Below, in pieces: positions 8,284 through 17,749 of a DNA stretch of 64,000 nucleotides. The stretch's first letter is position 1. Each line of letters opens with the position of its first letter. The DNA is from a virus (lineage: Duplodnaviria; Caudoviricetes): IMG/VR virus record IMGVR_UViG_3300032893_001402, positions 22 through 64,021 of that record. One strand, written 5' to 3'. A model generated the notes under the pieces. That model was not told the DNA's origin. It saw only the letters and a list, made by a program, of their open reading frames with translations, and did no database searches. The translations under genes were made by a program, and so were the position numbers.

Positions 8284-8634
8284 TTAATCCGTAGACTGCT
8301 CAGGCCTGTTGAATCTTTGGCAAGCTCTTGTTGAGCCATTCGGCCATGTCGAGAGCTTCGTTAACGTCGTCGAAGCAGCACCAATGCCGCGCGACGATCC
8401 TGTCGACAATAATCGGTACATACCGAAGTTCTCCAGTTCCTTACCTGCCATTGCGATCATCGTGCCACCACTTGCTGCTACGTGTGGAACGAATACGCGG
8501 ATCGTCTGGAAGTAATTGCGAAGGGCACGGGCGACATAGAAGGCCTTAGCTCTGGTGCATCGGGGCTCACGATAACAGCCACCGGCGCTAATCGCGGATC
8601 GACGTTTGGCATGGTTGCTGTCTCCAGAGATCAA
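8284..8634 (-). pseudogene. Disrupted or chimeric ORF containing a fragment of a ClpP/SppA-class (SDH_sah-like) serine protease
   Basis: AFYVARALRNYFQTIRVFVPHVAASGGTMIAMAGKEL matches the catalytic Ser region of that family, but the flanks do not; plausible coding sequence lies in other frames on both sides. Confidence 0.5.
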
Positions 8635-8647
8635 AACTCAGGGAATG

Positions 8648-8884
8648 TCATAGCGGCTCGCCGGGTTCAACATCGGTTTTGAGGCTCGTGTACGGCTTCC
8701 CGTTTTTAAGGGGATCCAAACCAGCACTCAAAAGCCCCTCGATACTACCGTCTTGCTCTGAACCATAGATGTCAAGAGACATTGTGCGCTCATCGATAAG
8801 GACCAGTACATACAGACCAAGAGTTCTTCGATGAATCTCGTCTGTAATTTGATCCATCGTAGCCAGATGCAATTCGACGCTCAT
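8648..8884 (-). CDS. Hypothetical protein
   Basis: ATGA-coupled to the upstream gene. Confidence 0.6.
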   Translation of the reverse strand: MSVELHLATMDQITDEIHRRTLGLYVLVLIDERTMSLDIYGSEQDGSIEGLLSAGLDPLKNGKPYTSLKTDVEPGEPL

Positions 8885-9276
8885 ATTACATACTCCGCAA
8901 GAGCCGATAAAGAGTGCTGAGTGATCCCCGGCAGGTCAAGTACGCTCTCCCAATATGAGCTATCCCAACACCGACAAAGCTTTCGTAGCGTTCGGCTGCA
9001 ACGGCTGGCGTAAGGAACTGTGTCGAGAGCCTCATACAAAGCCATTTCGTCAGCATGACCGAGGCCTCTAGCGTCGGGCCAGAAGCCTAGTAGCGTGCTA
9101 AGGATCTTCGGAAGGTCTTTTATCTCGGCCATATTCGAGCGCAGAACCCCGATTACTAGAATCCTCCAAGGACAGCCCCCCATACCAGCTTCGATCGGAT
9201 CGGCGTCAAAGTTAGGAGGAATTGTTCGCGCCTTTTCGGTTGCGATTAGCGCCGCGCTTCTTTCCAAGTATGCCAC
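8881..9276 (-). CDS. MBD4-like HhH-GPD DNA glycosylase homologue, probably catalytically degenerate
   Basis: PWRILVIGVL..FWPDA..AD..L..L..RTLRKL..W..VLDLPGITQH follows the MBD4 glycosylase pattern; the Asp after the HhH motif is absent. Confidence 0.6.
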   Translation of the reverse strand: MAYLERSAALIATEKARTIPPNFDADPIEAGMGGCPWRILVIGVLRSNMAEIKDLPKILSTLLGFWPDARGLGHADEMALYEALDTVPYASRCSRTLRKLCRCWDSSYWESVLDLPGITQHSLSALAEYVI

Positions 9277-9697
9277 TTAGCTTCTCCTTTTCGAGCAACC
9301 GACGTAGTTGCTTCGACGTTAAGTGTGCCGGCTCGGGGTATATTTCGGCATAGGCCCGTCCGGCTCGATCCGCTCTCACTCGGTCGTTAATTCGCTCTTG
9401 TTCGATTCGTTCCAGCTCAATCCAAAAGCTGTTACTCTTGGCGCGTTTTGTGACCTCGGCCAACTTTTCAAGGTAGCTTACGAAGTCGGCCTTTAATTCT
9501 AACATGCGATTCCGTAGGGAATCCGGCAATCCCAATTGCTCATCAATCGCCAGCAACAAATCAAGTTCGACCTCGCTGATTGCCAATCCTCGGTATTCGA
9601 TCGGCCCCGACTGCTTGCGCAGACGTAAATGTTTGAGCTTAGCCGGAGCGGTTTTTCGCCGTTGGCGAGGCTGTTTGCGCTGGCGCCTAGGGATCAT
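9212..9697 (-). CDS. Hypothetical basic protein
   Basis: Fills the gap between methyltransferase and MBD4-like gene on the same strand. Confidence 0.55.
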   Translation of the reverse strand: MIPRRQRKQPRQRRKTAPAKLKHLRLRKQSGPIEYRGLAISEVELDLLLAIDEQLGLPDSLRNRMLELKADFVSYLEKLAEVTKRAKSNSFWIELERIEQERINDRVRADRAGRAYAEIYPEPAHLTSKQLRRLLEKEKLSGILGKKRGANRNRKGANNSS

Positions 9698-9707
9698 AGC
9701 AAGGCTT

Positions 9708-10883
9708 TCATCTAGTAATTCGGTGCCTGGATTTTCCCGCCAGATGCGCCAGGGCTGGTCGGCTAAATAGCTCCCCTTCAATTCTGACAATTGCGTTATT
9801 GCGCAGATAGGAGTCCGAAAGGTCGATCCCCCAACATCGTCGGCCTAACCCGATTGCTACGGCGGCGGTTGTCCCCGATCCGATAAACGGGTCGAGAATA
9901 ATATCTCCCGGTTGTGATCCAGCTAAGATACAGGGCTCTACAATTGCCGTCGGAAACGTCGCGAAGTGACCCCCTCGATAGGATTGTGCCGCCGCGGTCC
10001 AAACCGATCGGCGATTTGGCAAGTCGCCGCTTCTCATCACTGACCCCGGTATAGCGTTCCCTGACGGCTTTTTACCGGACGCAATTGCCTGACCTAGTGA
10101 TCCAGACTTTCCGCTAACTACTCGCTCACACGGCTCGGCAGGGGTCTTAATTGCTTCGGCGTCATAATAATATCCCATCGATTTGGCGAGCAAAAATATA
10201 TACTCGTGCGACTTAGTACATCGATTCTGGACACTCTCCGGCATGGGGCTAGGCTTGTGCCAGATAATGTCTTGGCGCAGTACCCAACCATCCGACTGCA
10301 AAGCTAGAGCAACCCGCCAAGGTATTCCCACGAGGTTTCCACTCGGCAACTGGATCTTTTGGCGACGCGCCTCAAAAGATCCAGCATTGCTCGACTGCAT
10401 TGAATTCAAACTTCCCGGGGGGCCGCCGTTATATGTATCCCCTAGATTCAGCCAAATTGTTCCATTGTCCCTCAGTACGCGCCTCACTTCAGCGAAGACC
10501 GCGACTAGCTTAGCTACGAATTCCTCGGGTGTTCGCTCGATCCCGATTTGTTTATCTTCGACTCGAAGCGCCCCGCAAATTCCACAGACGGCCCCAAACG
10601 GCGAATCTGGTTCGCCGTTATTCCCCTTATTCTTACCTTGCTTGACGTTGCCCCCTGTGGCTCTCGACATATGGTTACAAGTCTTGTTACCACCTTCCCA
10701 AGTGCCTGTTCTATAATCTCGCAGGCCCCAGTAGGGCGGACTTGTCACGACACACTGAACCGATTGACTCGGCAGGCGCCGAAGTACGTCGATAACGTCG
10801 CCGCAATAGAGTCGGCAAAGACTACCCCCGTCGGTAGTTTGCCAAAATGGGACAAGTGGATTAGTCTCTGGTCGCTTCGGCAT
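9708..10883 (-). CDS. DNA methyltransferase, N4C/N6A class beta
   Basis: Catalytic TSPPYW near the N-terminus, IIWHKPSPMPES, HFATFP, SAM-binding LDPFIGSGTT. Confidence 0.92.
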   Translation of the reverse strand: MPKRPETNPLVPFWQTTDGGSLCRLYCGDVIDVLRRLPSQSVQCVVTSPPYWGLRDYRTGTWEGGNKTCNHMSRATGGNVKQGKNKGNNGEPDSPFGAVCGICGALRVEDKQIGIERTPEEFVAKLVAVFAEVRRVLRDNGTIWLNLGDTYNGGPPGSLNSMQSSNAGSFEARRQKIQLPSGNLVGIPWRVALALQSDGWVLRQDIIWHKPSPMPESVQNRCTKSHEYIFLLAKSMGYYYDAEAIKTPAEPCERVVSGKSGSLGQAIASGKKPSGNAIPGSVMRSGDLPNRRSVWTAAAQSYRGGHFATFPTAIVEPCILAGSQPGDIILDPFIGSGTTAAVAIGLGRRCWGIDLSDSYLRNNAIVRIEGELFSRPALAHLAGKSRHRITR

Positions 10884-13104
10884 CCGCTACAACCTCACGA
10901 TAGAGTTCCCGCATTCGATCCGTTAGTTTCCAGGCCTTAGGCAGCTTAATTTCCTCTCCCCGCTTATTAGTCGCTACTGGCTGAAATGACTTGACTGCCC
11001 CGATCTGGCTCAAGAATCGCATCAAGACGCGCTCTTTTTCTTCGCTGTGACCTGTCTTGCTCGCCAACTGCCTTAATTGCATTCCCCCCTCGCCGGCCTC
11101 GTAGAGCAGTTTCGTTAGCTGGAGGGTTCGACCGCGAGCCGTATCGAGGGCAACGGCTCTCACTCGGCGCATGACAAGCGGGTCCGAGACGGCTTTCTTA
11201 CCAAGCACTGCCGCCATACACTTCGCAAGCCTCACGAGCTGCGAAACGAGACGCGCGGCAAACTCTCGCTCGGCCGATTCTTCCTGGCTGGTTGAGGGCC
11301 TGCCTCGCATGTAGGCTACGAATTTTCCGAGTAGGATAATTCGCCGTTTGGATTCTTCATCCATCTCGACTTGGGCCAACAGCTCCGAAGCGCTCTTACG
11401 CAGATAATCTATGTATCCACCAGTTAAGCGCATTGCCGTCGCAAGGTCGGGATCATATTGAGATTGTAGCTGGCCGTTCGCCTCGCGAGTCACATTCCGA
11501 TCGGCTCTGCTCGCTACGCGCATTAAAATCTCTTCCTCCAATTCGTCGTCAATCCCGTCCATAATCACGCAATCAAGAAACCTCTCTCCTAGCTCGCTAC
11601 TGTCGAGCCTGCGTAAGCTGGATGTTCCGCAAAGAATCATCGTCATGCGTATTCCTTCGTGGTCACGACTCACGCTCTTTTTCCGGTAGCTACTGCGCGA
11701 AGTCGTATCGTACAGGTCGCGGGCTTCGCTGAGGATCTGACCAAGATTTGGAGATTGTAGCAAGGTATCGGCGTCTTTAATCACGAGAGTCTTGCCGGCG
11801 ATAGCCGTAATAAGGCTATGGTCCTCTCCACCGTCGCCCCAGCCCGAATGAAACCCGCGTAAGGTACTTTTAGCGATTACGTACTCTTTATTGACGCTGA
11901 GAGCTTCGCAAAGCGTCGATTTTCCCGTGCTTGGAGGAGCAACAATCTTGACCCAAAGCTGATCCCCCAGAAGCGTAGTGCTCACGACCGAAGCCAACAT
12001 TGTCGCTAATGCCCGCTCTAACCCCTCGGTCCATTTAAGGGCCCTGCGCCAAGCCTGGGTTAGCTCGCGCCAGTCTCGACAAGACAAGCATGTTAGATCG
12101 TCCGAACCCCCCTTACCTTCGGAAGATTCTCCCTTCCACTCGTCGGGGACAGGATGGATTTTGCCTAAGAGAGTTTGCAGGCCGGCAATCCTATCGCGCA
12201 ATCGGAGCCCATTAGCAGTCAACAAATCCCGCACGTCGTAGCCGTCGGATAAGCTCGGATCGTGTCCACCTTCTCCCCAACTGAGATATTCGATTCCCGC
12301 CGGTCGCAACTCCGGCTTAGCCCCTAACAAGATTTTGGCTGTGCGCCGCATGCCGAGGTAGCCGGCTCCCAAGAGCTGCTTACCGTTTGGGTCGGTCTTC
12401 GGATGATCGTTATCGAATAGCAACACAACTTGTTTACCAGCAACAAGTTGTAGCCAATTCGCAGAGAAAGACGAGCAGCCTGGGATCGCAATCACGTTGG
12501 CTCTGGCTGCCAGGCTATGGGTAACGTCAGAGGTCAAAAGCAATTCCCCATCCCCGCCATACTTTACGCGCTTTAGCACTTCGAGCAGAGCCACCCCATC
12601 CCATGGCCCCTCGCAAATGTAGAGGATAGGTTTGTCAGAATCGTATTCATTCACGCCGTACGGGTATGTGTGCAGTCCCGATGTAGCGCGCAGAATCGCT
12701 TTCTTATCGCCTGGACCCTGCGCGTATCGGTAAAGAGTTCCGATCTCGCCGTTGATCTGGTAGCCCGGCACAAGCGGCACCCCAAGAGGAGAGATTCTGA
12801 CCCCCCAGAGCTTTAAGACTTCCGAGCTGAGGAGCTTGCGTTCGGCCACCAAATGACTAAGAGGCACGGCATCTGCTGAACACATTTCCCAAAGCTGCCG
12901 GATAAACGTAATAGCGTTTCCCGATGCCCCACATTTCAGACAGCGCCAACGGCCCGTAGCTACCTCAACCGAAAACTTGTCAGCGCGCCCGCAGATAAGA
13001 CAATCACCGTAGACGTTTGCTTCGTTTTCGCGATAACGCAACTCCGCGCCGTGGAATTGGTAAGGTCGAAGCGTCTGCGGAATCTGTAGGGCTACTTTGG
13101 GCAT
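10861..13104 (-). CDS. Primase-helicase: Zn finger, TOPRIM, MCM-like AAA+ domain, C-terminal wHTH
   Basis: CLIC..CLKC, ICEGPWD, LFDND, Walker A APPSTGKST, LVIKD, Arg-finger-like LGERF. Confidence 0.85.
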   Translation of the reverse strand: MPKVALQIPQTLRPYQFHGAELRYRENEANVYGDCLICGRADKFSVEVATGRWRCLKCGASGNAITFIRQLWEMCSADAVPLSHLVAERKLLSSEVLKLWGVRISPLGVPLVPGYQINGEIGTLYRYAQGPGDKKAILRATSGLHTYPYGVNEYDSDKPILYICEGPWDGVALLEVLKRVKYGGDGELLLTSDVTHSLAARANVIAIPGCSSFSANWLQLVAGKQVVLLFDNDHPKTDPNGKQLLGAGYLGMRRTAKILLGAKPELRPAGIEYLSWGEGGHDPSLSDGYDVRDLLTANGLRLRDRIAGLQTLLGKIHPVPDEWKGESSEGKGGSDDLTCLSCRDWRELTQAWRRALKWTEGLERALATMLASVVSTTLLGDQLWVKIVAPPSTGKSTLCEALSVNKEYVIAKSTLRGFHSGWGDGGEDHSLITAIAGKTLVIKDADTLLQSPNLGQILSEARDLYDTTSRSSYRKKSVSRDHEGIRMTMILCGTSSLRRLDSSELGERFLDCVIMDGIDDELEEEILMRVASRADRNVTREANGQLQSQYDPDLATAMRLTGGYIDYLRKSASELLAQVEMDEESKRRIILLGKFVAYMRGRPSTSQEESAEREFAARLVSQLVRLAKCMAAVLGKKAVSDPLVMRRVRAVALDTARGRTLQLTKLLYEAGEGGMQLRQLASKTGHSEEKERVLMRFLSQIGAVKSFQPVATNKRGEEIKLPKAWKLTDRMRELYREVVADAEATRD

Positions 13105-13223
13105 GGCGTTTTTACCTCGGATTTTATCGAAATTCCTCTGGCGCGATTGTTAAACGGCGCCTATACTATAGGAAGTCGAGCGCCGTTGCTCGCCAGCCCA
13201 GTTTCTATCTAGGAGCCCTTATC

Positions 13224-13811
13224 ATGCCAAAAGAGAAAAAAGAAAGCGGTCGTATGCGTCTATTTAAGGTTTTGGCCAAGCTGCCGGAGCACTCGGACGG
13301 CATTAGTTTGCGCGAAATCTACAAGCGGTTGAATGTCCCCTACGGAAGCGGGCAGCCGCCAATTCTGCTACGCGGAGAAGTCACCGCCAAGCGAGTTCGC
13401 TGCCAACTCGACCCCGATACAGACGCCAAAGTATACCGTCTGACAGCCCTCGGCCGCGAGCACTTGAAAGCCGGTAAGGTCAATTCGTACAGCAGGGAAA
13501 AGCACTTGGTTGCCCTCGGCCGCCCGTGGGACTCCAATCCCGACGGGACACCTAAGAGTAGCAAACCAAAAAAGAAAAACCCGCGGAGCAAGAAACCTGC
13601 CCCCAATAAAGTCAACAAAGCCGAGTCTCCGGCCAAGAAACCCAAGTCGTCCCCCAAGAAAAATCCCAAGGCAAAGCCCACTCCCAAAGCAGTGAAAGCA
13701 ACGAAGCCGGCCCCTAAGGCGAAGAAAAAGCCGCCGCCAACTCCTAAGCCGGTGCAAGAGCCTCAAGTCGCCGAAGCTGCCGAGGCCGCTCCCGCCGCTG
13801 CTGTAGCCTAG
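13224..13811 (+). CDS. Histone H1-like protein: wHTH plus Lys/Pro/Ala-rich tail
   Basis: N-terminal ISLREIYKRL..VYRLTALGREHL, then PAKKPK-type repeats; AGGAG RBS; own terminator. Confidence 0.75.
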   Translation: MPKEKKESGRMRLFKVLAKLPEHSDGISLREIYKRLNVPYGSGQPPILLRGEVTAKRVRCQLDPDTDAKVYRLTALGREHLKAGKVNSYSREKHLVALGRPWDSNPDGTPKSSKPKKKNPRSKKPAPNKVNKAESPAKKPKSSPKKNPKAKPTPKAVKATKPAPKAKKKPPPTPKPVQEPQVAEAAEAAPAAAVA

Positions 13812-13833
13812 GCGATCCGCGTTCCTCTCATTG

Positions 13834-13869
13834 GCCGCCCGCGGGATTTTAGATCCGCGGGCGGCTTTT
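13834..13869 (+). terminator. Rho-independent terminator between convergent genes
   Basis: GCCGCCCGCGGGA..TCCGCGGGCGGC followed by TTTT. Confidence 0.8.
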
Positions 13870-13891
13870 GGTTTACAGTAACTCGTGCCAC

Positions 13892-15973
13892 TCACGCGGC
13901 AATAGCGATCCCTTCTGCCCAGGTGTCGGGGTGGTATTCGATCCCTAACGGGGTCGGAACCGCGGGGACCAAATCTTCGCCGATTCTGTCAAGCTTTGTT
14001 TTCAAAGCAACGATCTTGTCGAGATTCCCTTGATTTGGGACCGCTGGAAAATCCAAGACCAGCTCATCATGGATTTGCATGATGAGCCAATAGTTTTCCG
14101 CTCCCTCAGCGCGATTGAGTTCGGCCAGGTAGGCTTCGGTTGCCACCATCATGCGGCCGAGTACCCAACAGGCAGTCCCCTGCACATGATAATTTAGCGG
14201 GACCGTCGGTAGGATTCTTCCCCAATCACTGCGCGAGCACAAAAGGGGATAGCCTCGACTTGGGTCAACCGTCCGATCGGGAAGCGTTTCGACATAGCCG
14301 AACCTCTCCGCTTGCGCAATATAGTACTGGTTGAGCTTTTCTTTCTTCGCGAATCTGGATTTCAATCTCGCGTGGCTGCCAGGGCGTCCGAAAGTCCGGT
14401 CTGCCGTCCCGGCTCCGTCGGGTCTATCAACGGCACCATAGCCTACCGCGAAATCCCCGTTCTTACAGCGCTGGTACCACGTTGAAGCGTACTTCTTTTT
14501 GATATGAGGTCCAACTTTCTCGATCCCTACGGCCGCAAGCTCCTCAGCCCAAATATCGGGGTAGACTGTAGAGAAGTTCAGCAGATGTTCGCTGCCATAG
14601 TAGGGTGGTTCATCGGCGCGCTCGAAGAGGTCAATCAGCTCTTGCTCTCCGCACTCGTAGGCAGGGATGCGTAGTTCGATGTTTTTTGCGTCCAGGGACC
14701 ACCACTCTCTACCGGGGGCAGGACCAAAGCCATGGCGTATGTTCGCCTCTGCCTTTTTGCCGATCTGCTGGGCATTCGGGTTTGAACACGACCAGCGTAG
14801 AGTATCGGTTCCTGTCGGGTTGAGCGAAGGATGGAGAACAAACCATTGCTTCGCTCTGTCAATTGGCAGCCAGTATTGCGCGTAACTATCGAGGTAGCCT
14901 AAAGCAGTCCCGAATGTCCGGCGCGCTGCCAGGGCCTTGATAAATTCATGGGGCACCGAGCCCGGTCGCAGTGTATCGAGGTAATAGGGTATAGCGTTCT
15001 TCGCGTCCAGGCTTGGCGCGTCTGTTTTAGCTTTCGGATTGCGAATCGGCTTAAGGCCTAAAGTATCAAAGACAAAAGTTCTCAGCGATTTATTAACGCT
15101 GGCTCCCTTTGGCAGAGAGAGTTCATAACCCCCGTGCGCGTAGGCAATCTTTTGCATTGTCGTGCCTAGCTCTGCGACGCGGTTTCCGAATTCCTTTCGT
15201 TGTTCGCTATGGCGCTTTTTACTGACCGTGATGCCACGATTCTCCATTCGATAGGCGATCGGTAATAGCTTAAGCCGTTCGGCATAGATTCGATCTAATC
15301 CTCGCCTCTTTAGCTCCTCTTTCTGTTTGATGTAGAGCGCGACTGTCGTAGAGCTATCCGCGTTCGCATAGTCTGATGTAACCGTATACCATTCATGGTC
15401 AGTAGGATAACCTTTAGCCGCTGCGAGAGCACTCGGAAGCCAGGCATCGTACTTCCAGGTTTTCTCTCTGGCTGAAGGCATATCTTGCCGCCCTTTGGCC
15501 GCAAGTTGCCACCCTGGATAATCGCGCTCGGCTAATTTACGGGCCGCCCGACAGGCTTTTTCCAAGGCCTTTTCAAGCGGTTCAATATCGACGCCCAGAT
15601 AAACCAGAGCCATCGACGTTAGATCGTGTGGCGCGTTACTGGCCAGCAAGTGACCCGCTAGGAGTGTATCGCGCACTTTGGGCCACGTTGCGTAATCTTC
15701 TCCCTCGCCCCATATCCCTATCGAGCGCAAAGCCGCAAAATCAAACTTGGGATTCTGCAAGACAAGCTGGTCGGCCGATCGAATCAGCTCACGGATCTCT
15801 TCGAGATCGTCGGGCACAATCGAGGGCTCGCGGGTAAGAGGATCGACCGGCCATTCCCAATAGGCCAGATTCCCGCTCTCGTCGCAGGTCGTGACGAGAT
15901 AAGGTTTTGCCCCGTGCCAGAGGTCAAGTCCCGTAGTTTCACAATCTAGCGCAACAAGCTTGGGTTGCGGCAT
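13892..15973 (-). CDS. polA: Family A DNA polymerase with 3'-5' exonuclease
   Basis: Exo motifs LDCETTG, QNPKFD, YANAD; polymerase motifs DAKNIELR (A), RCKNGDFAVGYG (B), QIHDEL (C). Confidence 0.93.
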   Translation of the reverse strand: MPQPKLVALDCETTGLDLWHGAKPYLVTTCDESGNLAYWEWPVDPLTREPSIVPDDLEEIRELIRSADQLVLQNPKFDFAALRSIGIWGEGEDYATWPKVRDTLLAGHLLASNAPHDLTSMALVYLGVDIEPLEKALEKACRAARKLAERDYPGWQLAAKGRQDMPSAREKTWKYDAWLPSALAAAKGYPTDHEWYTVTSDYANADSSTTVALYIKQKEELKRRGLDRIYAERLKLLPIAYRMENRGITVSKKRHSEQRKEFGNRVAELGTTMQKIAYAHGGYELSLPKGASVNKSLRTFVFDTLGLKPIRNPKAKTDAPSLDAKNAIPYYLDTLRPGSVPHEFIKALAARRTFGTALGYLDSYAQYWLPIDRAKQWFVLHPSLNPTGTDTLRWSCSNPNAQQIGKKAEANIRHGFGPAPGREWWSLDAKNIELRIPAYECGEQELIDLFERADEPPYYGSEHLLNFSTVYPDIWAEELAAVGIEKVGPHIKKKYASTWYQRCKNGDFAVGYGAVDRPDGAGTADRTFGRPGSHARLKSRFAKKEKLNQYYIAQAERFGYVETLPDRTVDPSRGYPLLCSRSDWGRILPTVPLNYHVQGTACWVLGRMMVATEAYLAELNRAEGAENYWLIMQIHDELVLDFPAVPNQGNLDKIVALKTKLDRIGEDLVPAVPTPLGIEYHPDTWAEGIAIAA

Positions 15974-15974
15974 G

Positions 15975-16571
15975 TCACTCCGTTCCATACTGCCAGTAGC
16001 GTTCCCACTCTTCGTAGCTTTGAAACCTAGGCGGATACTCTGCTTCTCCGATTACGAGCCGCCAATCCTGCCAGGCAGCCATCGGACCCGCGTAATAACC
16101 GAGTCGCGCTAATCCCGCAGAGTCCAGCACGTTTTGCCCGTGTCTTAGGGTGGCATCGTACTTAGATTGCGTACACTCTCCGCGTTCAAGTAGTGCCCCC
16201 AAGCGGCCGTCGTGAATGAAGTTGTGGCAGGCATGGCAGAGTGGAACCGTCTCCAGGTAAGTCGCCCGACCAAGAGCGTAATCAATCCTGTAAATTTCGT
16301 GGCCTTCGAGCCAGTGCCGAAAAAGCGCTCGATACTTCGACACTCCACAAGCTGTGCAATGAAAGTCCGTCGAAGCATATGCGGCTCGACGTTCCTTGTT
16401 CCACCAGGTGGAGCCCAAGACAATACGCGGCGCGACTCCGTGCAGAGGCTTGGGAACATTCGGACAAAGTAGAATCTCGGGGCGAAGCTTCCAACTTCGC
16501 TGGCTCTCATCCCGAGCCCCGAGCCGCTTAAGCCGATCGCTGAGGCTTTCGCTTGATCTTCGCGAGGGCAT
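15975..16571 (-). CDS. HNH endonuclease-like protein
   Basis: CTACG..LEGHEIY..PLCHACHNFIH. Confidence 0.8.
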   Translation of the reverse strand: MPSRRSSESLSDRLKRLGARDESQRSWKLRPEILLCPNVPKPLHGVAPRIVLGSTWWNKERRAAYASTDFHCTACGVSKYRALFRHWLEGHEIYRIDYALGRATYLETVPLCHACHNFIHDGRLGALLERGECTQSKYDATLRHGQNVLDSAGLARLGYYAGPMAAWQDWRLVIGEAEYPPRFQSYEEWERYWQYGTE

Positions 16572-16651
16572 ATTAGCTCAACAAAAACGCGCCGAGTGGG
16601 GCTAGTTGTGGACGGACTAGACTCCCACCCGGCGCGGAGCAAAGAGCTTGC

Positions 16652-17728
16652 TTATTCTTTGCCGATCAAATCATCCCACGAGACGGCCAGGGGCTTCTTA
16701 TTCGCGCCTAACACGACCTTCCCGCTGTCGAAGTGTTTGAGTGTGACCGTCTTTGCTTCTGTGTTAACCGACAGAACTTCGTGGTCGGACTCCTTTCCTG
16801 GCTTGCCGTTGCTGCCCTTCGGCTTGTAGCCGTAGACTTCCTTAACGGCCGGCTCCCACTCGTCTTCTTCACTCTCGCTCGTTTCGGCTGAAAGCCAGCC
16901 TGCGACCGTACCCCAATCCTTGGCCCCGTCGATCTTCTTTTGCGAGATTCCGGCCTCAAGTGCCAAGTCATTTAGCCTGGTTCCCGCGTCTGCGTCCCCC
17001 CCGTCGGCGGCCTCGGCTAGAGCCGTAGGATCGTCCCCAGGGGACTCGACGGCGTCTTGGGGCTCCTCCTCAGTAGCCTCGGCTAGAGGCCCTGTATCGT
17101 CCTGTACGGCCTCAGCTTCAGGTTCTCCGCCCTGTTCGACATCTTTGGTTCCGTACCAGTTTTCCCATACCCTCTGAGTGGGGTATTGGGCCGTAGGATC
17201 TCCGCTGGTCGAGGTGCCGAATTTGAATCGGGGGGCCGCTTCCTTGAGTGTCGCGAGCAATGCGATAAGATCCTCTTCCGTCTCAACGTCGGCCGTGCAT
17301 TCCTCTCCGCCCAACTTGCGCAGCTCGTTCAGAGCGCGCTTGACATGCTCGTCATAATCCGTGACTTCGCCAGCAGCGTTTTTCGTGTCGCACAGAGGAA
17401 TCATAACCGAGGTCCTTAGGCCTCGGACCCTCTTTTCGACCGGTGGCGCGATTCTGACTCCACCCTTGCCGCCGGCAAGCGAGGCGTCCCACGACTTGAC
17501 CTGCTCGACTACGGATATGGGTTCAATCACTGTGCCAGCCAGGTACAAAAACTTTTGGCCGATATTCGGACCTTTGGCATAAACACTGAGCTTGGCCTCG
17601 ACCAATTCGGCAATTCCGTTCGTGATTCCGGCCGGAAGCCGCGACAGATCGACGCCGTAATCGGTTTCGTCCTTCGCGTGCTTTTTCAAGGACTTGCTGA
17701 GGTCAACCTTTGACTTCGTTGCGGGCAT
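16652..17728 (-). CDS. Putative single-stranded DNA-binding protein with acidic C-terminal half
   Basis: Position between Sak4-like ATPase and polymerase; highly acidic linker. Function inferred from context. Confidence 0.55.
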   Translation of the reverse strand: MPATKSKVDLSKSLKKHAKDETDYGVDLSRLPAGITNGIAELVEAKLSVYAKGPNIGQKFLYLAGTVIEPISVVEQVKSWDASLAGGKGGVRIAPPVEKRVRGLRTSVMIPLCDTKNAAGEVTDYDEHVKRALNELRKLGGEECTADVETEEDLIALLATLKEAAPRFKFGTSTSGDPTAQYPTQRVWENWYGTKDVEQGGEPEAEAVQDDTGPLAEATEEEPQDAVESPGDDPTALAEAADGGDADAGTRLNDLALEAGISQKKIDGAKDWGTVAGWLSAETSESEEDEWEPAVKEVYGYKPKGSNGKPGKESDHEVLSVNTEAKTVTLKHFDSGKVVLGANKKPLAVSWDDLIGKE

Positions 17729-17749
17729 GGACTTTGCTCCAAAATTGGG

